NCBI GenBank assembly: GCA_020536535.1
Contig: JAHLWZ010000313.1
Location: forward strand, 1 to 60,980
DNA length: 60,980 nt
Source: Pelomyxa schiedti
Lineage: Eukaryota > Protista > Evosea
Direction of reading: 5' to 3'
Shown here: positions 37,601 to 52,191 of the stretch, piece by piece
Layout of the letters: the number at the start of each line of letters is the position of its first letter
How positions within the stretch are numbered: position 1 is the first letter of the stretch
Made by a program: the position numbers and the translations under genes
Notes under the pieces: model-generated
Databases searched by the model: none
What the model saw: the letters and a program-made list of their open reading frames with translations, nothing else
Told to the model about the DNA's origin: nothing

Positions 37601-38858
37601 ATCCTAAAATCCATGTCGTTTTCGTCTTTCATATGGTTTGGAGGTATCTTACTATGCGTTTGATCTGCCTTTCTTTGTGGCTATTATTGTGGGTGTAGCT
37701 CCTGTCACAGTATGGTGTTTCATGGCCTTGATATCTCGCGCCTCCAAGAAACCATCAATACAAATATGGTGCTCTGCTGCATTTTGTGCCTTGTATTCCG
37801 TGGGTGTTGCATCGTTGCTTGCTGGAACTGCTTATAAGGTGGTATCTTGTCTGATTTATGAAGTTTATCATTAACACACATCATAGGTAACTCTTGATGC
37901 TCACGGCTTTAGTATCAACATTGGGATTGTTTGCTGTGTGGTTCTTATTGTGACAACTGTGGCAGCTGCTGCTTTGCACGGTGAAACTTTAAGCCTTGTG
38001 ACTGGTGGAATTATATACCTCTTTTTGATGCCATTTATGTCTTGCATTTTAGTGATGTATCCATTCCTCAAATGAAGTGAATTTACGAATATACATTAGT
38101 TACGCGATATTCAACATGCATGAAACTTCATGGGGAACACGAGATGTATCCAAACAACAATTATGCGATCCAAGCTCCTCTCTTGCAGGAGTCAACATAT
38201 CTCCACGCAACATGACAGAGACGGACTCCACTTATTGCGCAGCCCAAGCCAATGAATGCATGAATTTCAACATGGAAGGCGATCAGGCTCAGGAAAGTGT
38301 GAGCAGCGGTGATGACCTTGCTAGTTTCAGCGATTGCAGTGAGAAGAGCAGACTTTCTGGGGATATTCCGGTACCAGATTCATTGACAGGTACGAACTTT
38401 ATAACTGCAACTTTACTTAACCGTCTTAAAGGTGAAATAGAGGCCACTTTCTCTCTTCCAAATTCGTTGTCTCCCAAACCAAATGGAATTCCACCAAGTC
38501 CTCATGAGAAAATGGTATTTTCTCCCACTACTGTTGAAATTCCAATAACTTTCACCCACAGGCCCTACTGCAGATACTAACCGTGGCTACGTTTGGGATT
38601 TTCGGAGCGCTGTGGGTATCATCAGCATGTATAGCAACCCTTTACGCCAAGAAGAGCGGAGGCACAAGAGGCTGGGGTGTACTAGGTGACGACGGACAAA
38701 TGTGCTGGGCCTGCCTGGTGCCACTTATAACAGCCGGGTTTGGAAGCGCACTCATCCTACTGCAGCTCTTGGCCCTGATATGCCACCGGGTGTCAACGCT
38801 GCTCCTTGTGTTGGCAACCACTCCCCTGATTCCTTGCCTGTACCCTGGCCAGCTGTAA
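34654..38858 (+). CDS. CHS: Chitin synthase (GT2), N-terminal multi-TM region
   Basis: VPLYHE, DGD, YQKFEYASGHWLQKSAE..G.VLCSPGCF, DQGEDRWL, QRRRW, SWGTRD. Confidence 0.95.
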
Positions 38859-38969
38859 ATTGATAAAATCGGTCTTCGAAATTAGATCAACTTGAATTTC
38901 TTTTTGTGTGATTCGCGAGAACCCGATTCCGGTAGCAATTGAAAAGGTCTGATTTCGAAGAAAACCAAA

Positions 38970-41426
38970 ATGTCGATGCTCAAGGACATCACACGGCGCA
39001 CCACAACACGGATTTTGCAAAATTTGGGTGTGGTACGTTAATAGAGCTCTGTTTCTTCTTTCTTTTCGGTTTTTTTTTCTTTTTCCCCCCCCCTATCGCA
39101 TGCCAGTACGAATTTTTCATGAGAAACAAAAATTTATGAATTGAGCTACAAGTGGCCAAGTTTTCATAAAACGTGTAAAGGCAGAAAAGACAGTGGATGA
39201 AGAATTCGAAACGTTGCAGGGTGAGTATGCTTCGTTGGGTGAGTTTATACAAGAAGCCAAAGTCAATGTGAAGAATTGTGGCCACTCCCTTGATGTGCGT
39301 TCCATTGCTTTAACATAACACTTTCCTGATGTTTTAATTGCTTATAGGCATTTTGCCAATCAAGTAGAAAGTGGGCGGGTCAAATACGAAATGCAGAACC
39401 TTCCCTTGTGAGTTTATCTGGACTTGCTCATTCTGGAAAGCCCACAGGTTTTTTTCCCTCTCAAACTACCCGTTACTGAAAGAAAACCACCAAAAAAAAA
39501 GAGTCTGACCCCTCTCAGCTTCTACATCAAACTCTCACCATGGTGCATACATGCTTAGAGCAAATTGGATCAGAAATCCTTCTAAACTCCCTTCGCTCAT
39601 TAGACAACACAACTATCGCGCACATCATGGCCGATGAAGAGGCTGCCAAAGATACTCAGTTGCTGCTGAATCGGAGAAAACAAGCCAGATTGGACTACGA
39701 CACAGTCCGAAGGAGCAGGTATGCTATCTCAACATTAGATTGTATTAGTGACCTTTGTGCAGCTCCTCGGAGAGAGATCCAAGATCCGAAGAAGCCAGAT
39801 TGGTGTTTGAAGAGATATCACGTGGTGTAAGCACTTCCGTCACAGATAGGAGTGCAATGAGGTGACTAATTTAATCCGTTCCAGGCTTCTTTCTTACTAA
39901 ACAAAACTCCCAAACAGGTACCAAGCCATTATCAGCATCATTCTTGGTTTTGTTAGGAGCTTTCATCAATTCTTCTCACAGTCATTGGAGACCCTTGAGC
40001 CTCTAATGAAACTTGTTGATATTCTGGCCACATCTTTCCAGGCTTCAAAGCAGGGAAGTGCTTCCGCTGTTTCGCACCCCTCATCACCAGTTGTATCGCA
40101 GCCGTCATCGCCAGGGGTCACTCCATCGAATTCACCACCTCCCACAGTCATTCCTCAAGTATTACAGATGCCAACACCGCCACAACAGCAACCACAATTG
40201 CACCAACCAGTGCCGGTACAACCACACCAACCACAACAAATGCCAGTACAGCCACCCACGCAATTTGTCCCGTCACAACCGCACCCCACACTGGTGGATC
40301 TGACAGGTGGAAACCACGACAACGCGTTTGGCGGGGCTAGGAACAGTGGAAATAACGATACTGCATTCGGAGTCAGGAACAGTGGAAGTAACGATACTGC
40401 CTTTGGAGTCAGGAACAGTGGAGGCTCACAGGTTTCTCTTCTTAAATATCGCATGTAATCATTGTCTTCCAGGTACAAAATACTACCAGCTCCAGTGCTA
40501 GCCTGCTTGATTTTACATCCCCCGGTGTTGTTAACAATAAACCATCAACCACCTCCCTACTTTTTGATTCAGTTCTCGATCCGACGCCATTGTCCCCGGC
40601 AAGCAAGTCATTCTCAGTTCCGTCTATCGTCCCAACAAGCAATACTTCCAGTTTTGATAGTCTCTTTGGATTCAAGCCTCAGGCTAACATGGCACAACCA
40701 ACAGTGCAAACCCCGCCGAGCGCCACAACCCCACCTCTGCATCTACCAACTGTTCCCACAGGCCCGGAGATGACAAAAGAAGAAATTACACTGAAAGTCA
40801 GCCAGTGGAAAATGCAAGGAGGGCGAGAGAGCAACTTGCGTGCCCTCTTATGCGGTCTCCATCAGGTGTGTTCCCTTCCCTCTTGGCCCCTTTTTAACCC
40901 TCGCATTTAGGTTCTCTGGCCCAACAGCGGTTGGACTCCTGTAGGTTTATCTGACCTTGTTGACCACGCACATGTCAGTGAACACTATAGACACGCCATT
41001 ACGGTTGTACATCCCGATAAGGTAAGAATTCCTATCAGTGTCTACATAATTCTACCACCCACTACCTAATATCAAATTAAACAAAAAACCGGAAGTAAAA
41101 ATTAACCCCTATCTCAGGTCCGAGACTTCAGTGTCAGTCACAAGCTTCTGGCCCAAATGGTGTTTGACGCCCTACACACAGCTTACACGAAATTCAAGGA
41201 GGAATCCGCCACTGGCGCACCTTCGGTTCCCCGTTATGGGTTCAAAAACCCCAACGACCTCAACCGGGCAAAGTCTCCAGGTGCGAGTGGCGGGACCAGC
41301 AGTGCCAACAACATCAACATGAACATCAACAACAGCAACCCCAACGACCCTCTGGCTTCCCTGTCGCCACCATCGAAGACCTCTCCTCCCACAAGTCCGC
41401 CTCCTTCCACTGGCGACGTGGACTGA
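38970..41426 (+). CDS. BAR-domain + auxilin-like J-domain protein
   Basis: N-term ILQNLG..AEKTVDEEFE..RRKQARLDYD (BAR); C-term NLRALL..L..VLW....W.PVGLSDLV...Y..AI.VVHPDK..AQMVFDAL..AY.KF. Confidence 0.85.
40338..40422 (+). repeat. 36-bp coding tandem repeat (RNSG.NDTAFGV)
   Basis: aggaacagtgga..taacgatactgc.tt.ggagtc repeated 2+ times. Confidence 0.85.
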
Positions 41427-41720
41427 TATTGTTCTCAGCAACACAGCCTCTTTCCTACATTTCATTTTCGAAAATGCAATTGCCTTTTTGTGTTTTTGGG
41501 TTTTAGGCCTGGTCCTTGTGTGGGCCTTGTGGTAGTGGAGGGAAGGCTCTCAACGCACAGAGGTGGAAGGCTCAAGGCTCATTGCACAGAGATGCCAGGA
41601 CCAGAAAATACGCGCCACTATTTTTCTGTTCCCAAAGGAATTGCGCTTTCAGGTAAAGGAGATCTCTTTTTTCGAAAAACAAAATAAAAAAAAATTTCCG
41701 ACACAATAAACAGACATGCA

Positions 41721-42790
41721 TGCGGGGATGCGACAAGGCTGAAGCAGTGTGGTGTCATTCTGTGCTGTGCTCTGCCGACGGATCTCTCACGACGTATTCC
41801 CCTTTGCTTTGGTTTTTTTCCATTTGTTTCTTTGTCGCGGTTTTTTTTTTCCTTCGTGGCGTTGTTGGAGCTATGGTTGTGTGCGCTTATCTATTTCTTT
41901 TGTTTTTTGTGCAGATAGTACTCTCTGGTGTGCGCTGATTGATATTGATGCTGCTGCAGAGGATGATCATGGTGGTGGGGATGGTGTTGGTGAGTGGTTG
42001 GATGTTGGGCTGTTTTTCAGCAACAATCCATTGTTTTGTGTCGGGCTGGCTTGCACACACACAAGAAGCCAGTCGTGACGGCCCTTTTGTGTCTGGCCGG
42101 AGCTACATCTCTTCCCCGGTTTCATGACGGCCCCTTACGGGCCCCTTTCATTGTGTCTGGCCGGAGAGGAGCTACATCTCTCTCCGGTTTCATGACGGGC
42201 CCTTATGTTTGTCGGGCTGGCTTCCACACACACAAGAAGCCAGCCGTGACGGCCCTTTCTTGTCTGGCTGGAGAGGAGCTCCATCTCACTCTCCGGTTTC
42301 ATGACGGCCCCTTACGGGCCCTTTTTCATTGTGTCTGGCCGGAGAGGAGCTACACCTCACTCTCCGGTTTCATGACGGCCCCTTATGTTTGTCGGGCTGG
42401 CTTCCACACACACAAGAAGCCAGCCGTGACGGGCCCTTTTTCATTGTGTCTGGCCGGAGAGGAGCTCCATCTCACTCTCCGGTTTCATGACGGCCCCTTA
42501 TGTTTGTCGGGCTGGCTTCTACACACACATGAAGCCAGTCGTGACGGGCCCTTACTACTTTGTGTCTGGCCGGAGAGGAGTCTATCACTCTCTCCGGTTT
42601 CATGACGGGCCCCTTTTTGGGCCCCTTTTCTCACAAAATAGGTCACTCCTCACTGGTACTGTCTGTGCTGACTGCTGCTTTTGACTCTTGTTGACACACT
42701 ATTCTGACATTTGTGCAAATGGCTTGTCCCTTGTCTCTTTTCATTTCATTTCACTTCATCTCCTTCAATAAACCACATTCCTTCTCCACA
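41721..42790 (+). mobile_element. Possible LTR-like / non-autonomous element containing the hairpin array
   Basis: Starts TGCGGGGA, ends TCTCCACA (6/8 inverted match), AATAAA ~20 nt before end; no TSD, PBS or coding evidence. Confidence 0.3.
42031..42630 (+). repeat. Array of 10 palindromic hairpin modules of two types (ABBABBABAB)
   Basis: A: GTCGG GCTGGCTTC-CACACACACAA-GAAGCCAGC CGTGAC; B: GTCTG GCCGGAGAG-GAGCT..-CTCTCCGGT TTCATGAC; each followed by GGCCC(C)TT; 180-bp higher-order period. Confidence 0.95.
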
Positions 42791-43489
42791 CAGTAAGACA
42801 GGTTCTTTTGTGGGAGCCGATCCCAAGCAGCAGGCACAGCAAGCAAGCAAGCAGGCAAGGAGGAACACTCTGGGGGGTCTCAATCCCCAAGTAAGTGCCA
42901 CAATCAAATTACTTTCTACTCTTCTGACTTCCCTTCACATGTACTCTGGCGGACTTGAGGACCCTTTGGGAACAAACACCGCACTCAGGTAAATTCAACC
43001 CCCACCGATAAACAACAGCACTCACTTTTCCCCCAGAGAGGCTGAGGCTGAGGCTGATTCCGCAGATGAAGATGATTACGACATATATGATTTATATGAT
43101 TTTTCCCGGCTATTTGCGGTTCTTGAGGCTCTTCACGGTTCACCATGGCTCTTCTCTGGGGTTCTTGAGCTCTTTCCGCACCAACACCCACACTCCAGCA
43201 GTATCTTGTTACCCCGTTATCAATAAAAGATACTTTTTCTCTTGTAAGCATCTCTTAGTTTGGACTCCCTTTTTTCAAAAGCATCCTTGGAATTGGGGTC
43301 ACCTTGCACCTTTAGCTGCCACAGTCTCCAAGTTGGTGACCTTCCCAGGAAGTTTGAGAATACACTCCGAGAGAGAGGTTCTATCATTCTTTCTTGAGTG
43401 GAACCGAGTTGGCCTAGTGTTGTTTTCCTGTGCTGCCATCCTCTTCATCAGGAATTTTCATTCTTCAAGTAATCATCGTTGTTCATTGG

Positions 43490-46851
<3,362 letters not shown>

Positions 46852-46922
46852 AGAGCCTTCAATAGAAGAATAGGTTTTTGTTTATCACACAGCAAGTGAA
46901 TAAGAACGACAAAAAGAAAACC

Positions 46923-48248
46923 TTAGTCGTCTTCTTCACTGTACAATGGCTCTATACGTGAGCCGAAGTCTGTGAGTGGAAGTGGTGATGTGGATGATGT
47001 TGGGGGTGTTGTGTCATCGTACAGAAGCTGTAAGTCAGATACGTGAATAGTGGCACTCCACCGGTTGGCTGTTTGTCTGGCTCCAATTCTGGACATTAAT
47101 CCAGTGAGACCGTGCAGGATTAGCCGCCAATGTGCGTGGCTGTAGACAAGGCTGCTGCTCAGCCCCCAGAGTCTCGTTAGGGTCCCAGCAATGAAGCCGA
47201 AGACGGGAGCCTCAGCTTCACATACAAGTATAATGCGATAAACCAGCATAGGCATCCATGTTACCAAGAACACTATTGGAAAAGGTGCAAGGGTGGCAAA
47301 TATCAGTCGTCTCCTTTCGTCTGCTTTAGAGAGTTCCTTTACTGAAGCTGCTCCTAGTCTGTACCAACTTCTGATTTCACTGCGGCGCTTGATAATTAGC
47401 TGAGGAAGAGTCAAATGTGGGGAGTTTATGATATGTACACACCCACGTGTATAGGCCGACCAAGAATATGAATGTTAGAAACAGAGGAGCGTAGAACACG
47501 ACAATTCTCATAAGGTAATCTGGCGCACACCCAGTGACAGCTCGGCGGACAGTGTATCCACCAACAGTGAACGGAATGAGTGCCAATATCAAGGGAACAC
47601 CGCAACATGTAAGAAGGAAGATCCAGTCCCGTAACAGCAAATTCGCTGCTTTGCTTGGTTCCTTTGAGGTGACGGCAGCACTGCATAATCCGATGCTGCA
47701 GACCCAAAAAAAACTAGCAAGATCTGACCAAGCTATCAAGAATCCCTAAATAAATGAAATAAATACAGTCGGTACGGTAAATGTAACTTAGTAATTTTTT
47801 TTTTTTTTTTTTGATATTAGAATAATATTGACACAATGGCATAATTATAAACCCTGACAGGGTTATTCAATGAATTAAACGTACCAATAGTTGACAAGCT
47901 ATTGTTGGATCTACAAACTGGTTTAGTGAGAGAGGTTCTACGCAACATCTACGGAGAAATTCATATTACTTAATACAAAACCCAGATGCAGCACTCACTG
48001 TCAGATCCAAAGTTGACGAGTTCAGCAATGATCAATGCAAATGACGAAACTGTCCACAACAAGCTGCAGCAGTTCAAATACGATACTAACCGCATGGAGA
48101 GTCTAGATCTAGCCAAGGAAACGAAGGGAACTACAGCCAACGACACCAGCAGCGCCACAGTCGACGCCAAGCACGCGCAGAAAAACACCCACAAGACGGC
48201 AGTATCGAACGACGTTCGTACGTAAGACGAAGAACAGGACGAAGACAT
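46923..48248 (-). CDS. 7-TM GPCR, cAMP-receptor-like (CAR/GCR1-type)
   Basis: Seven hydrophobic segments; RLVSYL, ASFFW..SI, GVPL.LA.IPF....Y, FYAPL, FPIVFL.TW.P, G..SSLVY. Confidence 0.8.
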
Positions 48249-49085
48249 TGTCTTCGGTTTGCAGAAATTATCTGATAATCAAAAAAGGTCGAATGAATAA
48301 TGCATGGCACATTTCCACTTACCAGAGAAGTGAGCCGATCACTTGAACAATGTTTCACCCTCATCATTGTTTCCTAATGCTGAGCAATGACAAGATAGAT
48401 CGGCACAGTTCCTCAGAACTTGGAGTAGGGAACAAGAAAAATGTGCAGTGGGCCACTTTCTTGCGCACTCTGCCTTGTGTATGAAGATTTGCTCCAGTTC
48501 TACATTCAAGTTGTTGGTATTCCTCGGAGTGCGTCCAACAACGTCTAACTGTTAGGACCGCGTCGAGTTGAGCCCCAATCACATGGGCGCCGCGATTCCT
48601 TGGAAATCCACCAGTGCAACCTGTCGGCCCCTGAGCAATTGACTCCAACCTGGAATGTGCCTCCTCAGTCAGTGCCTTGCTTCAATCACGATGAAGTAGT
48701 ACAAGCTGAGTCTCCAATCTCGCAACTGGAGGTTGATCAGTCCCTGATGGAATCGAGCTGGGTGAGCTGTCTGTGCTCTTCCTTTTTTCTCACTCCCCTT
48801 TCAGGAGTTTGTCTAGCCCTTCACAGAACTTTTTTTGAAGAACAAGCGCCCAGCAAAACAAACAGAAAAGAATAAAAGGCACGAAATGACCAACACACCG
48901 GAGTACCTCGTACCACACCGTCTTGTTTTTTTTTTTTTTTTTTGCATAGGTGGTAGATTGACGTTTGGTTGGTTTTAGGAGCTAAAGGCAAAGTATGACA
49001 GTCTTCAGAACGAAGTCTCCAACGAGAGGGTAAAAACCTACCAACACAATCGCTTCCTCGCAAACAAGAAGTTTTTTTTTTTGTT

Positions 49086-50308
49086 TTGCCTGACCTTTGT
49101 TTCAAGCAAGAATTGGATTGCTTGAGGCAATTTTCGGCTGCAGCTAGGCTTATTTTACCTATGCACTTGAGTATTGATGCTTTTGAACTTGTTGAATTCC
49201 TTGGAAGCGGATGCAGTGGAATCGTTCTTCTGACTAGGTTCAGTGCGCAAGTCAGGCAGTACTTCGGCAATCAAATTGCACGGACTCCGTTGGTTGTCAA
49301 GGCCGTTTTTGATGTTGAGGAAACTGGTCAGGACAGTCTTATTCTTGTAAGATACATGAATGAGTGCAGAATTCTGTCACTTGTACCAAATCACCAGGGA
49401 ATTTTACACCCATTGTCATCATTCATTATATCTCCCTCGTATGTGCACTCTTCCACAAATAGTAAATCTTACCTCTTTATAGATTGCCTGCAAGTTGGGT
49501 GGAGGCTATCCCACGAGAGCGTGTGTCTGAGCGAGCCTTTTATCGCAAGATGGCTGGTGGAAAGTCTTTGGGAATTGTAATGCCTTTTGGTGGTAATCCA
49601 ATAACCACCCTCGCCAACTCTACACTGTCCCTTGAAGACGGCATCTCTCTGTTGGGACAACTTATATCTGCAGTTGCCCACCTTTCTAACAGCAAGGTCG
49701 TTCACAGGTTTCTTTCCCCCCGCTGTACAACGAAAAAACCCTACCTTGCAGGGATATCAAAGGTGATGATGTTCTAGTTGTTGGAACCACTGGTAACTTC
49801 CACATCAAATTGATTGATTTCGGAAACGCTATTGAATGTGTCGATTCTACTCTGAACTTCAAAATCCTACAAGGTATGTCTCGCTTGATTCCAAGAGTCG
49901 AAAAGTATAGCCGCACCCATAATAATAACACAAGCCGACAAACACTACCTCAAAACCAACTCCACCCCACCAGGCCAAAAACGCTGGGGCAACACCCAAA
50001 CGTGCCCCCCCGAGCACGCCAAGGTCTGCGCCTTCGAGGAGCTCGTCTCGTTCCACAACGCGGACTCGTTCGCCGCGTGCCTGACGGTCTACAGCGTGCT
50101 TCTGGGCGGCGCGACGGGCGGCAGCAGCCTGCTGGACACCCTGCCGCAGGCCCCGGCCCAGCGGGCGGCCCTGGACGCCCACACCCTCCCGCCCCTGCCC
50201 TCCCACCTCCAGCCCCTGCACCCCGTGCTCATGGACGCCCTGAAGCGAGAGCCCAAGGAGAGGCTCTCCCCCGCCCAGATCCTGCAGCGCCTGGCCTCCC
50301 TAATTTAA
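49086..50308 (+). CDS. Divergent Ser/Thr protein kinase (5' end uncertain)
   Basis: LGSGCSGIV, LVVK, NEC, HRDIKGDDVL, LIDFG, GN...CPPE, P.ERLS. Confidence 0.8.
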
Positions 50309-50413
50309 CAAAGATCGGTTGGTTATTTATTGGGTCGTCTTCTCCTAGCCCATTTACCCGAAGAATCATCAATCCCTAGTAGCTACTACTAACTCTCAAC
50401 ACTACGAAAGACG

Positions 50414-52144
50414 ATGCCGGAAACCGGGCCCGCGACGCTACCCACCGCGCCCACGGCCACCACCGCGGCCGCGGCGACTCCTCCTCCTCCTCGTGAGCTC
50501 CAGTGGCACCAGCAGCAGCTCCCACGCACCCACAAACCAACCAACAAAGGGGGTCCTCGTAAGCACAACCACCAACAACAGTCAAAATCGCAGCCGCTAC
50601 CACAGTCACGGCCGCAATGCGATACATTCCCCGGGGGAGCCCCCCCGTGCTCCCCTGCTCCTGCCCCTGCCCCCCCTGCCATTAGCTCCCAGCAGCCACA
50701 GCAGCAGCCGCAGCAACAACAACAGCAGCCACCACAAACGCCACAAGGGAAGGGGGGCTGTTCCACACCCACTGGCACCAGGACTGGCACGGACACGCCT
50801 CCTCAGTACCAGCAGGCGCAACCATCAGGGGGGCCGCACTCGGCAGGTGTCTCTGCACCTGTTTCTTCTGCTTCTGGCGGCAGTGGCGGTGGTGCCACGG
50901 CACAATCTCAAACCACCACGGACCAACAAAGGCCACGACCCAATGCCAACAACAACAACAACCAGCAGACTGTTGAGACGAGTTCGCAGCAAATGCAGGA
51001 ACCTGTGCAACTGCAACCACAACTGCAACTGCAACCGCAATTGATCGGGAACCCACCGGAAGCTATACCTCACAGGACTGCAACTGCTGAGGCTGCTACA
51101 AATGGTGATGTGGCTACAATACTACGGGAAACAGTGAGACTGAGTAAGGAAAAACCGGGCGACATGGTCCCTATTGCAGCCTACTTGTCCAAGCAGAAAA
51201 AGTGTCACCTCATACAGCTGCTTTCACGGTTCTGCCTTTCTCAGCAGAATCCAAAGGGCAGCAAACGCAGCAAACGCGAACTCCTTGTAGCTGTGTTGGA
51301 GTCACAAATGCCAGCATACACCAGAGACCAACTCCTGGGATTGATCAAAGCTCAAGGTGGTCCTGACCCCTCTCCAACAATGAAGGTTTTGGAGCTACGG
51401 ACTGTGTATGCACATTTACTTGTGCCACAGAAGGTCCCCAAAGTAGGCAATGGTTGTGGTGACTCACCCTGCCCCCCTGATCCCAAGAAGAACAGAGTTG
51501 CCAGTCATAGCAGAAACAATGCACTGCAAATGCCTGTACAGAATCCACCCCCTGTGCAACAAAACACCCAACCAACCAACACAGAATTCCAACAACAAAA
51601 CCAGCAAATACAACAACAAGCCCATCAAATAATACAGCGTGCCCTACAGCTTAAACAACACCACCAACAGCAGCAACAAGCCCAACTCTCCCCACATCAA
51701 TACTCTCCACCTTCCTATTTCCAATCACAGCTACCACCCCATCCTCCAGAATTCCAAGCCCAACAACCACAATTAGAACCACCCCAATCACTTGCACCAA
51801 TACAGGCATTACCACAGCCTCAGGTTTCTGAACTGGTCATTGTGGGACAGTCAAATCCTGCACACCTTCAGGTACTTCAACCGTTCCTGCCTCAAAACTT
51901 GCAGCAACACAGCTACACAACAGCCTCGACAACAAACATTCCAACCACTCAATCACTGGTGAGTCGGCTCAGAAGAAAGCTTGTAAAGGAATTGAATGAG
52001 CACGAGAAGAGGATGCAGGACATGATCACTAGCGTGCAAGACGAAGCCACGAGGCTACAAAAGGAACTGGCTAGGCTCCAGGAGGAAAGGACCAGGCACA
52101 GAGAAAAACTTGAGAAGCTTTTGGCCCAACTCCCTGAAGACTAA
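50414..52144 (+). CDS. Intronless Q/P-rich low-complexity protein with central helical domain and C-terminal coiled coil
   Basis: 576-aa ORF; poly-Q/P tracts; C-terminus duplicated at 1-196. Confidence 0.75.
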   Translation: MPETGPATLPTAPTATTAAAATPPPPRELQWHQQQLPRTHKPTNKGGPRKHNHQQQSKSQPLPQSRPQCDTFPGGAPPCSPAPAPAPPAISSQQPQQQPQQQQQQPPQTPQGKGGCSTPTGTRTGTDTPPQYQQAQPSGGPHSAGVSAPVSSASGGSGGGATAQSQTTTDQQRPRPNANNNNNQQTVETSSQQMQEPVQLQPQLQLQPQLIGNPPEAIPHRTATAEAATNGDVATILRETVRLSKEKPGDMVPIAAYLSKQKKCHLIQLLSRFCLSQQNPKGSKRSKRELLVAVLESQMPAYTRDQLLGLIKAQGGPDPSPTMKVLELRTVYAHLLVPQKVPKVGNGCGDSPCPPDPKKNRVASHSRNNALQMPVQNPPPVQQNTQPTNTEFQQQNQQIQQQAHQIIQRALQLKQHHQQQQQAQLSPHQYSPPSYFQSQLPPHPPEFQAQQPQLEPPQSLAPIQALPQPQVSELVIVGQSNPAHLQVLQPFLPQNLQQHSYTTASTTNIPTTQSLVSRLRRKLVKELNEHEKRMQDMITSVQDEATRLQKELARLQEERTRHREKLEKLLAQLPED

Positions 52145-52191
52145 ACCTTTTTCATTTTGTGACAGTGGCAAAAAAAATTTAGTAACTGGTG

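Noticed and set aside
42091-42606. SECIS, hammerhead or H/ACA identity for hairpin B (minus-strand AUGAA...AGAC ACA)
   Set aside because: No apical AA, no CUGANGA core, and the pocket and lower stem are too small; no selenoprotein gene adjacent
42031-42630. CRISPR array or coding repeat (ORF 41994-42605)
   Set aside because: No unique spacers and no cas genes; repeat units shift reading frame, so the ORF is incidental
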